A stretch of DNA of 63,799 nucleotides, the filler included, from Chrysochromulina tobinii (taxonomy: Eukaryota): the NCBI GenBank assembly GCA_001275005.1. It is 4 parts of 4 records of this genome, joined end to end, with 100 filler letters (N's around TTAATTAATTAA, not from the genome) between each part and the next. Parts side by side here need not be neighbours in the genome. Positions count along the whole stretch, not along the records: positions 1 to 27,352 come from JWZX01000447.1; 3 more parts are not named here. One strand, given 5' to 3'. Positions 1 through 11,848 of this stretch are shown here, one piece after another. The first letter of the stretch is position 1, and the number at the start of each line of letters is the position of its first letter. Under the pieces are notes generated by a model that saw nothing but the letters and a program-made list of their open reading frames with translations, was not told the origin of the DNA and did not search any database. The position numbers were made by a program, and so were the translations under genes.

Positions 1-346
1 CTGCGGCGCCGCTTGGCGCCGCTGCGCGGCGCAATTTTGTTGCGCGCTGCGCGCGCAAAATATCTCTACCAGTATCGAAAAGTCGCCCCATTATCCGATA
101 GGAGCAGGGCGGCATGAAAAGTTGTGTGTTCACACTTTCAAATCATCGACGCTACTCCGCTTTTCGTCATCGCAAAGATCACTCATGTGTCTAGAGTCAT
201 GTCTCATTAGTTTCGGGGGTGGGAGGCCATCGGCACCGCGAGGCCACCGCTATTTCTGTACTCCTTGTATGTTCCTTTTACTTCTTGCCCCCGGGATCCG
301 CTCCAGAGGACCTCATCGGCAGCTCAGTCTGTTCACATTGACTTGC

Positions 347-3300
347 TTACAGTGCGCCGACATTGCGCCTCAACGGACTACGCCTGCTGACTGTAAGCAC
401 CGCTTGGTCGTCTGGGTCGAAAAGGGAAGGCAATTGTATGGGATTCGGAGGCGGCAGCATCAGAGGTGACGGCAGCATCAGAGGTGACACCTTCTGAGCG
501 GGAAGGAGATCCCTCGCGCTCGGAAGTCCCCTGAGGGCGGAGCCAGGTCGGGAGTCTCCCGGGGTCGAGACGAATTGGTTGGCGCGCTCGACCGCGACCA
601 AACTCCTGGACCTCAGACAGGTCGGAGGGGAGTCCACCAAGCCCTCGTCAGAGATGGGCGCGACGCGCGACCGCGAGCCCCCGGCCTGAATTGCGGTCGG
701 AAAGCTCGAATCGCCTTTGTCCACATGCCGCCGTCGAACGGCAACTGCGTCCGGGTGTACCACTCGGTTTCCTACGACGGTCAGTTTGGCAAAGTTCTTC
801 ATCAGCAGCTTCATCAGCAGCTTACGTTTCTTCTCCGCCTCCGCGAGTGCCTTCTTCTTGCGAGCCTCTTCGCGCACCGGTCGAGTCCTGAACTCGATCA
901 AGGCGACGATCTCGTATATTACATGTGCAAATACCACAAAGACTGATAAAGCCATGAGGCAAGCCGAACCAAGCAACATCGCGTCTCGTTCACCCACGCC
1001 CACGGCGTGGAAATAGCGAAGGAGCAGGCTCAGGAAGCTCAGGATGAGCTCAGGACCTGAAAAGATGCTCTCGATCCGATCCACGGCGGCGCCTGAGAAG
1101 CTGCACCACCACACGAGCACCAGGTATAGTGCGAGCGTGACGAGGACGAGGGCATGCCATGCCGCTGAAGAGGTGTCCCGATGGGAATCTGCGGTGCCCA
1201 CGAGCAGACCGAAGGTGATGTGCACCAACACTCGGATGTACTGGTAGAGAGCGAACTGCTTCCTGGCGCCATTCACCCGAGCGAGCCAAGAGCTTTTGAG
1301 CGAGAGGAACATGTCGTCAGCTGCGCGCGTCCAAAAGCGTGAGATCGGCGCTTTTAGAGCACGCTGCATTCTCGTGTCCTTCGGGTCATACACGACTTTA
1401 ATGGCAGGTGGCACATTGAACTCGCCACGAAAGCGCGAGGCCGGTCTCTTTAGGCATCGAGCGGCCAGCATCATCTGGAGCAGCATGTCATCCCGGAGAC
1501 CATGCCGGCCGCTTGGCTCCTGCTTCCAAAACGCCGTATGGTGCTGGATGAAGTAGCCGACCCGAGCGCACTCATGCACAACGAACAAAGTCAGGAAGAT
1601 CAAGCCGCACACCGCAAAGCTAAGCGTGCCTGGTTTGTCAAATGTTGCCCTGGCTGTGCCAGAGATGACGGCGGCAGAGGACTCAGCCACAGCGGCGGCG
1701 AACACGATGATGACTAAGACCTCGAGATTGGGCCAGTACAAGATCGGTGGCAGCGAGCTGCACCCCTTGCAAGCTGTGGGTTCTTTGTCGAGCGGGGTGT
1801 CCTCGTTTTTCGGCCAGAGCTTGCTCCAGCTGGCCAATAGTCGACGGTGTTGTGCTGCCAAGTAGAGCTTGAACTCGTCGCGCCACTCTTGGACCGTCTC
1901 CCAATCCTTCTCCTTCAACGCTGCGATCAATGCTGCCACGGGGGGCATCTGCGCAACGAAATCCATCTCGTTCAGCGGGAGACGAAGCCTTGATCGGATT
2001 TGCAGGTGCCAGACATACAGGATGATCAAGTGCACGCTTATGGTGAAGGAGAGCACGAACGAGAAGTCGCCTAGGGTACCCACGGTGTGATAGCTCAGTG
2101 TGTTGTCGAGGTAGTTGTCGGTAAAAAGGGCGATGCTTCGAGGGTGCGCGTAGGTGACGATGCAGCCCATCAGATCCGTGCAACAGTATTCGACGGGAGG
2201 ATACGGTGGCGGAAAGGGCGGTGGGGGGGAGGGCGGCAGAGGCGGGGGTGACGGTGGGGGCGGCCGTCCTGGAGGGGCTGGCGGGCGTGGTGGCATCATA
2301 GGTGGCGCTGGTGGCATGGGCGGACTTATAGGTGGATCGGGCGGACTCGGCGATGGTGAGAATGGAGGTCGAGATGGTGGTAGTGGAGATGGTGGCGGTG
2401 GAAGTGGGTTCGGTGGAGGGGGTGGCGGCGACGGTGGTGGGGGCGATTGGGGTGAAGGTGGCGGAGGAGGCGATCGTGGCGGTGGCGGGCTTGGCGACGG
2501 CGGAGGTGGCGACGGCGGAGGGCCTGTACGCCATGTCCGGCGCGGAGGAGGCGGGGACGAACAGGGTGGCGGAGGCGGCTCGGGTTTCGGAGAGGGCCCG
2601 GGCGGAGGGCAAGGGGGCAGGAATGGCGGCGCGGGAGCAAACGGAGGCAGAGACGGTGGAGGTGGCATGTGGCACGGGCCGGCCATAGCATGGCCCATAG
2701 CATTGAATACGCCGATGCGACCCAGCACCCACTGCATATTGTCGCCAATGCCTTCGACCACAGGGTCGACGGGCACACCACCCATACCAATCACTAAGAC
2801 GTGTCGCTGCATGGCGAAAAGAAGTTCGGTGGCGGACATGGGACCTCCAATGACCACAGAGCTACCGAGCCCAAGGACTGACAAGGTGACGAGCAAGGCT
2901 GAGCCCACTGTGATAGCGACTTCTTTATCGGCAGAGAGCTGATCTGGCAAGGCAGGCGGCAATGGCAGTTGCGGTGGGATGGGAGGGGGTAAGAGTGGCA
3001 ATGGATTCATCGGCATGGGAGGTGAGGATGGTGGAGGTGGAGGCATCGGTGGTGGGCCGGGACTGGGCGGCGGTGGCGAGTGCGGAGGCGGCGAGCACGG
3101 CGGCGAAAGTGGAGGGGGCTTGAAGGGCGTCGGCGGGGGCGCAGCGCTGATGAAGACCGTCGTTTCGACATTGGCAACCTCCTCCACGGTGTTGTCAAGG
3201 GCCGAGCTGAGAGCGGCGAGTGGCGTCGCGGTGAGCGTGGTCGCCGCGGCCGTCGCCGCCGCCGGGGTCGGGTACCGAATGGTGGCCTGGACGCTTATGG

Positions 3301-4188
3301 ACGCGGGGTAGAAGAGGAGCGAGATCTCGGATGCGGACACGTTCATCAGGATCGCCAAGCTGTTCCGAAATGCTGCCTGGTTGAAGCTCGACACGTCGCC
3401 CGCCAATGTGAAGGTCGCTGTGATGGCGGGGACGTAGGTCTCACCCGGAGCTGCTGGCGGTGCAGGAGGTCGCGGTGGATTTCTGGGAGGGGATGGCGGC
3501 GTTGGAGGCTCCGATGGAAGGGGTGGCCGCGACGGTGGCGACGGCGGCGAGGGCGGCGGCGATGGCTCAGGCGGCCTTGGGCTTGGAGGAGGCGGAGGAG
3601 GCGGAGGCAGCGACGGCGGTTGCTCGAACGGCGCACCCGGTGCTGGAGGGCGAGATGGCCAAGGTGGCAGGCGAGGTGCGGGAGGTCTTAATGGCCCCCC
3701 ACATGGAAAGTCTGGCGATGGCGGCGGCGGTGGCGATGGCTCGGGTGACGGCGACGGCGACAGTGGCGGGGATGATGGCGGTCGCGGCGGCGGCGGCTTG
3801 GGCGCAGAGCCTGGGCGGAAAGGGACGTGGTGATGGGCGGTGGTGGCGATGAAGGGGGCGGAGGTGAACGCGGAGGTGAAGGTGGCGGTGGTGAGGGCGG
3901 CGGTGACGGGGGTGGCGGAGATGTTCGCGGTGGTGAGGGTGGCGGCGGACATGGAGGTGGAGATGGAGGTGGAGATGGAGGCGGAGATGGAGCTTGCGGT
4001 GGAGCTGGCGATTTTGGAGTTAGAGGTGACAATGGTGGAGGTGGAGACGGCGACGGTGGAGGTGGAAATGGCGACGGTGGCGGACATGGAGGTGGCGATG
4101 GTGGAGGTCGAGATGGCGACGGTGTCTGCGATTGAGCCACGCCGCCAGCAATGAGGCAGAAGAGTAGCCGTGCACGATGGCCGAGCAT
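347..4188 (-). CDS. Secreted proline-rich (extensin-like) multi-pass membrane protein with a TRP/Flc/Pkd2-like C-terminal region; frameshifted near 3813-3837
   Basis: Signal peptide MLGHRARLLFCLIAGGVAQ from ATG 4188, followed by (SPPPP)n, joins ORF 347..4087 across apparent +1 shifts. Several hydrophobic segments are present. The motif MQRHVLVIGMGGVPV...NMQWVLGRI resembles the fungal Flc/Pkd2 TRP-like domain. Confidence 0.6.
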
Positions 4189-4394
4189 ATCCCCGATCCG
4201 TTCGGAAAAGTCGAAACGACCGCCAACGCGCGATACGAATGAAAGTCCAAATCTCAAACTACACCACACCCAATTCTATGGGCAATCAGGGTATTTTGAT
4301 TGCTAGGCAATTTTCAGCATGTTCACAGGTACGGTATCGTTCACAGCCTATTTTTGAGGCCAGCCCGCGTGCCCGCCTCGGCACAGCCATACAA

Positions 4395-7379
4395 ATGCCG
4401 CTCGACGATCTGCCGCCTTACCTGCCCACCACAGGCGACGCGCTCGACGCACTTGACGCCGAAGAGACGATCACGTGCGCGGTGGAGCAGCTCGAACCGC
4501 TGAGCGGCTCCGATGACGCAAGCTTCTGGGATGCCACAGCGGGTGGCGCTCCCGCGCTGCAAGTTTTTCTCGATGGGTACTTGCGATTCGCTGAACGCCG
4601 CTTTGCACTGACTGGTGACGAGTCTGACACCACCGAGGACTCTGCGAGCCTTCGGCGGCTTGTTCTTCGCATCCTGCTCCGTCTCGCAAAGCCACCGGCT
4701 TCCCACATGGCATGGGCTGAGCGGTTCTTCACGGTGCCGCGTCTCATCGACGCATGCGCACTATACGCATTCACTGACAAGCCGGGGTGCGAGCGGCTGG
4801 CTGCTGTCACGATGGGTCCGCAACCGGCCGCCAAGGCAGCCGGGCTGCATGCTTCTCTTGGTGACGCGGCCACAGCCATCTGCCGAGTGTGCGGATTCGA
4901 CTGCGTGCCGGAGGGCGCGGCGGGTGCGGTGCGCACCGCGCTGCTGCCCTCCGCGCTGGACGTTCAGACGGCCGAGGACGCTGCGATAGTAGGCGATTGG
5001 CTCCTCGACGCGACGGGCACTATGCATGCTCTCAGCCTAGTGCTGCCGCCCGCGGCCCTGCACGCCGCCACCAGTGGCCTCTCCAAAAGCTCCACAGCTA
5101 GTGACAGCTCAGTCGGCGCTGGTCGCATGGGTGCCACGTCGCTCGTGCCGCTATGTGGCGTGGGCGGCGTCGTGACGGCCTTGCAGCTCACCGTTGAGGT
5201 TGCCCTGCCGTGGCTGCGTCGCGCCGCCACGCCGGCCATAGGCGTCGTGGCGGGCTCGGCCGTTTCCACCCTTCACGATCGTCTGGTCGCTTGTGGATTG
5301 CACTGTCTCCACGCGGCCGCCAATCTGATCCTTGCGAGCTGTTTCGAGCCCGTTGGCGCCGCCACAGGCGCCGCCTCGGGCGCCGCCTCGGACGCCGTCG
5401 CTGACGTCGCGCTGGAGGGTGGTCGAGGTCATGGCGCTAGAGGGGGCGAGGGTAGCGGGCGCGGCGGTAAGGGTGGCGGCGGCAAGGGCAAGGGCGATGC
5501 CAAAGGCAAGGGCGCCAAGGGCGGCAGCGGCGGCCGCGGCAGCAGCGGCGGCCGCGGCAGCAGCGGCCAGGCCCTCGTGGACCTGGAGGCACTGTCGAGT
5601 GTGCTGCTTCAGCTCTCGGATCCTTGTGAAGCCCTCGAGGAGCTCGAGCCTCTCTACGTGACGGCACAGGTACCCCCTCTGATGACCCTCTGATGACCCT
5701 CTGATGACCCTCTGATGACCCTCTGACGACCCTCTGATGACCCTCTGATGACCCTTTGATGGCCCTCTGAGGACCCTCTGATGGCTCCTCTAACGGGCCT
5801 CTGTTGGCCCCTCTGATGGCCCATGGATCGCCCTTTGGTGATCCTCTGATTGCCCTCTGAGTGCATCTCAATCGAGGCACAGGTGGGCACGGCGCCAGCG
5901 ACCCGGCGCGCCGCGCCTACCTGCCTGGTGGAGGGTAGTGGCGCATTGCTTCAGCAGCTGCTCAAGTTGACTGAGGTAGGCGTTTGCGTGGAGGAGGCGC
6001 TAAGGGGCATGCCAACGGCCACGGCCGACTATCACCGATCGATGGTGGCGAGGGTCGATGAGTCTGCCTGCCGCTCCAAGGGAAAGGGCGGCGGCAAGGG
6101 CGGCGGCAAGGGTGGCGGCGCCTTCGTCGACGTGATCACGGCGGAGGAGAGGGAAGGCGTCGTTATGATCAGCGAGATGCTCCCTGGCTGTGGCGAGGGC
6201 TTCCTCGTCGCAGTGTTTCGTCACTACGGCGGACGGACCGAGACCGCGCTCAATGCGCTCCTCGATGGCTCGTTGCCGCCGTTTCTCGACGCGATGCCAC
6301 GTGATCTCGCCAAGCCGCCGCCGCCGTTGGGCGCCGAGGAGGATGAGGAGCCCACGACGGCGCCATCAGGTCGCTTACCAGTAGCAGGCGGTGTGTCGCT
6401 GATGGGCGTGGCAGCACGGCGCAACGAGACGTTAGCGCAGCGCCGGGCGCGGCAGCAAGAGGCAAAGGTACTCTCTGACCTGAACGCACCAGGACGGCGC
6501 GCGCCTCGGAGCGTGCTCGAGGCCGCGGCAATGGATCCCGCAATGGCGGCCGCACTCGCGGCGGAGGCCGCGGCGACCGACGCCTACAGTAACCGAACCT
6601 TTGGAGGCGCCGAGTTTGGCGCCGGTGGCGGGCCGGGGGGAGCCTCTTATGAGGCGTTACTGCCACGTCGTGAGTCCGCAGCGCTCGCGACGGCGCTCCA
6701 AAATAGGCAGGCGGCGCTCGAGACGGCGCTCTACGAAGATGAGCTCGATGACTCACTCGAGGCGTATAGTGCCGAGGGGCGCACCGCCGGGCCTGCGCTA
6801 CAAGAAGATCAAGAGGAGGCCAGCCAGGCTGTTCGCCGTGGAGGACAAGGAGGCTCGAGCGCCGCCGCGGTGCTCTTCGCCCACGACCCAGCGGAGGACG
6901 CAGGAGGGCGCTCCGGCGAGGCGCCCGGGACGACGCCGTATGGCCGCCAGGCGAGAAGCGCGGCCGGGCCTGGCGCAGCTAGCGGCGGCGACGGCGGCGG
7001 CGCGGCGCCGCTGCCCGGCACGGCGCTCGAGTGGGTGCGCGCCATCGGGCTGGGACAGTACGTGGACGCATTTCGTGCGGCGGGCATCATTCGTCTCGAG
7101 CTCGCCGCCAGATTGAGTGTGGCAGACGTGGCACGCCTCAAGATCAAGACTGAGGCGCACAAGACGAAGCTGATCCAGTCGGCTGCACGGCTGGCGGAGC
7201 GCCTAACACAGCGCGGCCGGCTGCCACCCCCAGGCAGCCGCGTCGCAACAGAGGAGGTCTACGCGGCGGCCGCGCAGCTCCACTACGACGCCGAGACGGG
7301 CGAATTCTGGGACGAGGGTGGCTCTATGGATGCGGCCGTTGGAGACAGCGAGGCAGCACAGGGCGGTGGCAGCGCGGCA

Positions 7380-7414
<35 letters not shown>

Positions 7415-7565
7415 AGGTGGCGGCAAGGGAGGCGGTCGCCCACCACTGCCGGTTGCCGTGCAACGCTCTCGCGCCGAGGCAAATAAGGCGAGACTGGGCA
7501 ACCATTCGAGAAAGCAGGGCGCTGCACGTAAGCAGGCCCGTGCGGGAGCTTTCTCGGGTATGTGA
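4395..7565 (+). CDS. ASCC2-like protein with CUE and SAM domains (exons 4395-5669, 5883-7565)
   Basis: N-terminus resembles ASCC2 (FLDGYLRF, RLIDACALY). CUE-like segment ISEMLPGCGEGFLVAVFRHYGG..ALNALLDGSLPPFL, YEDELDD, SAM-like WVRAIGLGQYVDAF, and C-terminal NKARLGNHSRKQGAARK. A phase-0 GT-AG intron joins the two ORFs in frame. Confidence 0.75.
5670..5882 (+). repeat. Intron filled with 11-bp CTCTGATGACC tandem repeats
   Basis: CAG|GTACCC...GCACAG|GTG; removal restores the reading frame. Confidence 0.85.
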
Positions 7566-8149
7566 CAGCCACTCGGCTCGTGAGGTGCGCCTGTGGTGAG
7601 GTACTTTTCGTTTTCCTACAGCAGTAAACCGCTTTTTCGTGTCCTTTTCAGACCGCCCGCGGCCCGGCCCCGCGCCGGGTGGCGGTGCCCCCGCCACTCT
7701 CGTCTTATATCCATACGATATACCTAACCTCGCCTCGTAGGCGGCATATACCTATACCTTGGCATATACTAACGCGGATTGCGGATATACCTATTGCACC
7801 TATGCCCTCGAACAGGATACCTCGGCGACGAGCACTTAACTCCTAACCCGTAAACCGAACAGGCAGCCTCACCCCCCCGCGCCCCCTTGATTGCTCTGTC
7901 CTCAGCGCGGCCGCCTCACGCCTCAGCCCCAGCCTTGCTCAATCGCAAATCCGATCTAAGTCCGCCCTACCTGCCGATCCCAGACGCCCGTGCAGACAAA
8001 GAACAAACACCACAACGCTCACCTAACAGCACCCTACATGACGCACTACACCCACCTCACAAGACGACGGCACCACCTGCAAATTCCCCCACGCACTCAA
8101 GGGCGCAGGGGGTCCCAGTTGGCTCACACAGGGTGCGTGCACTCTGTGC

Positions 8150-10525
8150 TCAAATCGCAAAGTACCAGGGCTCGATGAAAATGAGGACGCTACCGATGAA
8201 CGCGGCCAAGATCTGGTAGAGGATGTAACCCGCGTAAAAGACAAGGTAGAACCTGCCAGCCCACTTTGGGACCTTGCCATTGCAAACTATCAGCTGCAGA
8301 GTGAAGATGAACATGAAGATGAGCGACAGGAACAAACATCCCTTGGTCGAGCCGGGCGCTGCGTGGAAAGCGCTGCCAGTCCCTTCCCAGTATGGGCAGA
8401 GCGCCTGGAAGCCGTCCGGGGCGTAGCAGCCGTTGCAGTCCGCGTAGTTGTTCCCGTGAGAGCCGTGGCTACAGTTGCCTACATGCAGTGTGTGCATCAG
8501 CCAGATCAGGCCGAGGCCGATGCACAAGTTAAACGTGTTCGCCGCAATCGCCTGCACGCAAGCGTTGCTCCCTTGCCCATTGCGGGCTAAGTACACCGAC
8601 GCGATCAAATTCGGGAAGGACGTGCCAGCGGCACCGATTGAGAGCCCCAAGAGAGAGCCGGTCAGCCCCCAGCCGCAACCCAAGTAGTCGAGGACCGAAG
8701 TGAAGATGTAGGCGAAAATCGCCATCCACAACATTGAGAAGACCATCGAGACGAGCCAGTACTTCTGTTTGCCCGGCTGCCGCACGTCAGGCATGCACGG
8801 GTAGACGAGCATACGGACTGGTAGCGTGGCGAAGAAGCTCACCTTGGCCAGCCTGCCGCTCGGGATGCGATACCACGCTTCGTGATGCACCTCCTCCTCC
8901 ATCCCTAGGTGGAGCTTTACGCTGTTCCGCCGCGCCTTCGTCGAGCGGACTTGCACGTGGAGCTCGTCTATCTTGAGGACGATAAGGTCGAAGCAGAGCT
9001 GCATCGTCTCCTCAGGCTCGCCCGGAGGCAGCAGCAGCCGAATCTTCTGCTTCTGCCCGTCACGCTCCCATTCGACGAGCAACTCCTGCTGACGGACCAG
9101 CTTGATTTTGCTGAGCTGGCCGATCGGTAGCGTGAAGAACGGCGACTCCGGAGCAGCGTCGGTGTGCTTGTATCTCACTGGAGCTGATGGTTCGTCATCG
9201 ATCACGAACTGGCATCTCTGAAAGCGGGCCCCGAGGCCGACCAGCTGCACCCTGCTGTAGTATGGCCGATACCTGAGCAGCGTGCCGGTGAAGCCTTTCA
9301 GATGCTGTGGCCGCTCGAGCAGCCGCGCGCGGCAGTCTTGCAGCAACGTACGGAACTGCGGGTGGTTCGTGATCGAGAGCTCGGTCCGGACCGCCCCATT
9401 CGCCTCCTCGTCTGAGGGGAGAGGAGGTGCAGCTTCCACATCGCGTAATAGAGGCGGGCACTGCGCCGGCACGATCGACCCATTCGCCTCCTCATCTGAG
9501 GGGAGAGGAGGCGCAGCTTCTGCATCGCGTGCGCTAATAGCGCGAACGTCCTCGAACGGCATGTCCGCTGTGCTCTCCGTGAGCCCATCCACTTGGACTG
9601 TCCTCGTCGCCGTTTGACGGGAGTTAAAGCAGCGCTCCAGGCGGGCTTTGATCTTGGGGAAGAGGGCGAGAAACGGGACGTAGATGAGGAAGTAGTAGAG
9701 CACCATGATGAGGGCTTCCCACCAGTCGACCAACTCGTCCGCCATAAAGAAGTAGTACATTAGGATGGCCACCAAGAGTGCGGACAGCTCGCGCCCCATC
9801 GTCCAAGGGTCGACAACCAGCCCGCCGGCCACGACCGTAGCCGACGCCCCCACGATGCAATACAAGTTGAACGGGGTCGAGCCGACGACCGTGCCTATGC
9901 CGACCGTCGAGTCGGCGACGAAGACGCTGATGATCGAGGCGAAGAGCTCGGGCGCATTGCACCCCATCGCGAGCAGCGTCGCACTCGCAATGTCCTCCGG
10001 GATGTGGAGCCTCTCGCAGACGACGGTGATCGACGGGACGAAGAAGTCTTCGCAGACCAGCGCCATCGCGTAGAACATGTAGACGATCACGATGATCCAG
10101 ACAATGCTCAGCTCTAAGTCCCGATACTTGGTCAGCGTGGGTAGAATCTTGATCGCTTTGCATCCCTTGGGCGTGCTCGGATCTCCTTCGTCTTCATAGA
10201 GCTTCAAAGGAGGGGAGGAGGGGGGACACGACGCGCCCGCACACGGGGCGAGGTCTGGCGCCAAGCTGACGCTCTTGCAGATCTTCTCCAGATTGTACCC
10301 TTGATAGTTCCGATCGGCGCGAGCCTCGAAGAGTGTGCTCCGCAGCTGACCATCAGATCCGGTCGCCGTGAAGTTATAAACGCGGGGCACGTTCAGGAAG
10401 TTAGCGTTCATCTGCGCCCATGGCGCCGCCTTCATGGCGGGCGGCGCTTCGCAGAAGCGCGGCACGCACAGCCTGCCACCGCCATCGGCAGCACCGTAGC
10501 TGCAGTCGCCGGCCAGCATCGACAT
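8150..10525 (-). CDS. K+-dependent Na+/Ca2+ exchanger (NCKX/SLC24 family)
   Basis: Alpha-1 repeat LVCEDFFVPS..ATLLAMGCNAPELF..GIGTVVGS..FN and alpha-2 repeat GLSIGAAGTSFPNLIAS..ANTFNLCIGLG; two transmembrane clusters. Confidence 0.9.
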   Translation of the reverse strand: MSMLAGDCSYGAADGGGRLCVPRFCEAPPAMKAAPWAQMNANFLNVPRVYNFTATGSDGQLRSTLFEARADRNYQGYNLEKICKSVSLAPDLAPCAGASCPPSSPPLKLYEDEGDPSTPKGCKAIKILPTLTKYRDLELSIVWIIVIVYMFYAMALVCEDFFVPSITVVCERLHIPEDIASATLLAMGCNAPELFASIISVFVADSTVGIGTVVGSTPFNLYCIVGASATVVAGGLVVDPWTMGRELSALLVAILMYYFFMADELVDWWEALIMVLYYFLIYVPFLALFPKIKARLERCFNSRQTATRTVQVDGLTESTADMPFEDVRAISARDAEAAPPLPSDEEANGSIVPAQCPPLLRDVEAAPPLPSDEEANGAVRTELSITNHPQFRTLLQDCRARLLERPQHLKGFTGTLLRYRPYYSRVQLVGLGARFQRCQFVIDDEPSAPVRYKHTDAAPESPFFTLPIGQLSKIKLVRQQELLVEWERDGQKQKIRLLLPPGEPEETMQLCFDLIVLKIDELHVQVRSTKARRNSVKLHLGMEEEVHHEAWYRIPSGRLAKVSFFATLPVRMLVYPCMPDVRQPGKQKYWLVSMVFSMLWMAIFAYIFTSVLDYLGCGWGLTGSLLGLSIGAAGTSFPNLIASVYLARNGQGSNACVQAIAANTFNLCIGLGLIWLMHTLHVGNCSHGSHGNNYADCNGCYAPDGFQALCPYWEGTGSAFHAAPGSTKGCLFLSLIFMFIFTLQLIVCNGKVPKWAGRFYLVFYAGYILYQILAAFIGSVLIFIEPWYFAI

Positions 10526-10825
10526 CGAGGTCAAACCTCCGTGTCACGAGGACTTTCGCTCGTTTTCCCAAATGGGAATCTTTGAGGAGAGATGGAACTC
10601 TAGTTTCTTCCGAATTTTCTCCATGGAGACAATGGTTCGTCAAGAGAAACCGGGAGGGCGCTCTTTCTTGACCGACCCACACCTTCGACCGCCGCACCAC
10701 GCGATGAAAAATTCTCTCTCAACCACAAATGAAAATTCACTCCGCCCAACTGCGGTTGGTCGAGCCCACCGATCTTCCAACGCAGAAGTCAGAGTGTACG
10801 GGGATGGTGCGACAGTCGGTGAGGC

Positions 10826-11524
10826 TCAGTAGAAGGACGACCCGCGGTTGGAGAAGGCATGGGCTAGAATCTCTGCCCGATCGGTCAAGATCTTCTGGGA
10901 CCCCTCATCGAGAACATGGTCGAGGATGTCGACGAGGTTCGCGGTAGACGCCTTCTGAACCGTATGGGTGCTGCTGTTGCTGGTTCGGGCCACCGTCAAG
11001 GCATCCTCAATCGACCTCGTGTGCTGATGGTTATATGGGTTATATGGTAGAGACGTGCTTGAGTTTGTCGATTGCACGTGCCTGATTTCTGCGTTGACCT
11101 CGTGCACGAAGCACCACCAGATGGCAAGGCACGTTGCAACCAACAACACCCAGAGCGTAATGCACTTGTACAGATAACTGCTCTCCTTTTTATCCAAGTA
11201 ATCAATGTCTTGTTTGATCTGGTGCACACATCGAGGGGAAAGAAGACCGTGGCGTACTTCAATCAGTTGTGAGAAAGAAGGAATAAGCAGCGGTCCTGAC
11301 ACAGGGTTCCATGAACGTACGTGCAAGTTCGGGGCACGCGAGGGTGAACGGCGCGTACGCACCAGTGGTCTCTTCACTGCAGATCCTGCCTCCATGGTTT
11401 GTGTGTAGACTTTTGACCCGCGCAGCAGGCGCCCCTCTGGCCAGTTCTGCCTCGCGTGAGACTCGAAGAGTCCAGTGTTTTCAGGAGCCGGAAATGGGTT
11501 CGTTTGTTTCAACGGAGGTTGCAT
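10826..11524 (-). CDS. Hypothetical single-pass membrane protein (start uncertain, possibly about 11395)
   Basis: Open frame with one hydrophobic segment (CITLWVLLVATCLAIWWCFV); no recognisable domain. Confidence 0.35.
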   Translation of the reverse strand: MQPPLKQTNPFPAPENTGLFESHARQNWPEGRLLRGSKVYTQTMEAGSAVKRPLVRTRRSPSRAPNLHVRSWNPVSGPLLIPSFSQLIEVRHGLLSPRCVHQIKQDIDYLDKKESSYLYKCITLWVLLVATCLAIWWCFVHEVNAEIRHVQSTNSSTSLPYNPYNHQHTRSIEDALTVARTSNSSTHTVQKASTANLVDILDHVLDEGSQKILTDRAEILAHAFSNRGSSFY

Positions 11525-11683
11525 GCAAAACGAGTTGCGTAGAGAAAGTGTGGATTGAGGGATTTACATCGTTGTGGGCCGCGCAGCGCAGAGCGCCAAA
11601 TGTATCGTCTTTGCGAGCATGAACGCCGCCGGCCGCCGATTTGGCGTGGCCACAGTCGTGCTGCCTGCTGGCACGGCGGTGTC

Positions 11684-11848
11684 TTGACCCAAGGGGGAGT
11701 GGTCTACTACAGACTGTATTTTTCATGTTTATAAGGCCCCAACCCTACACCTGTTTGGAAATTGAATGGTTGACCCAAGGGGGAGTGGTCTACTATTTTT
11801 CATGTTTATAAGGCCCCAACCCTACACCTCGGTTTGGGAATTGAATGG
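11684..11848. repeat. Two-copy ~80 bp tandem duplication
   Basis: TTGACCCAAGGGGGAGTGGTCTACTA...TTTTTCATGTTTATAAGGCCCCAACCCTACACCT...AATTGAATGG occurs twice with small indels. Confidence 0.9.

Noticed and set aside
1..75. GC hairpins at the window start as a Helitron end or terminator
   Set aside because: No CTRR terminus at the expected distance, and context is missing at the window edge.
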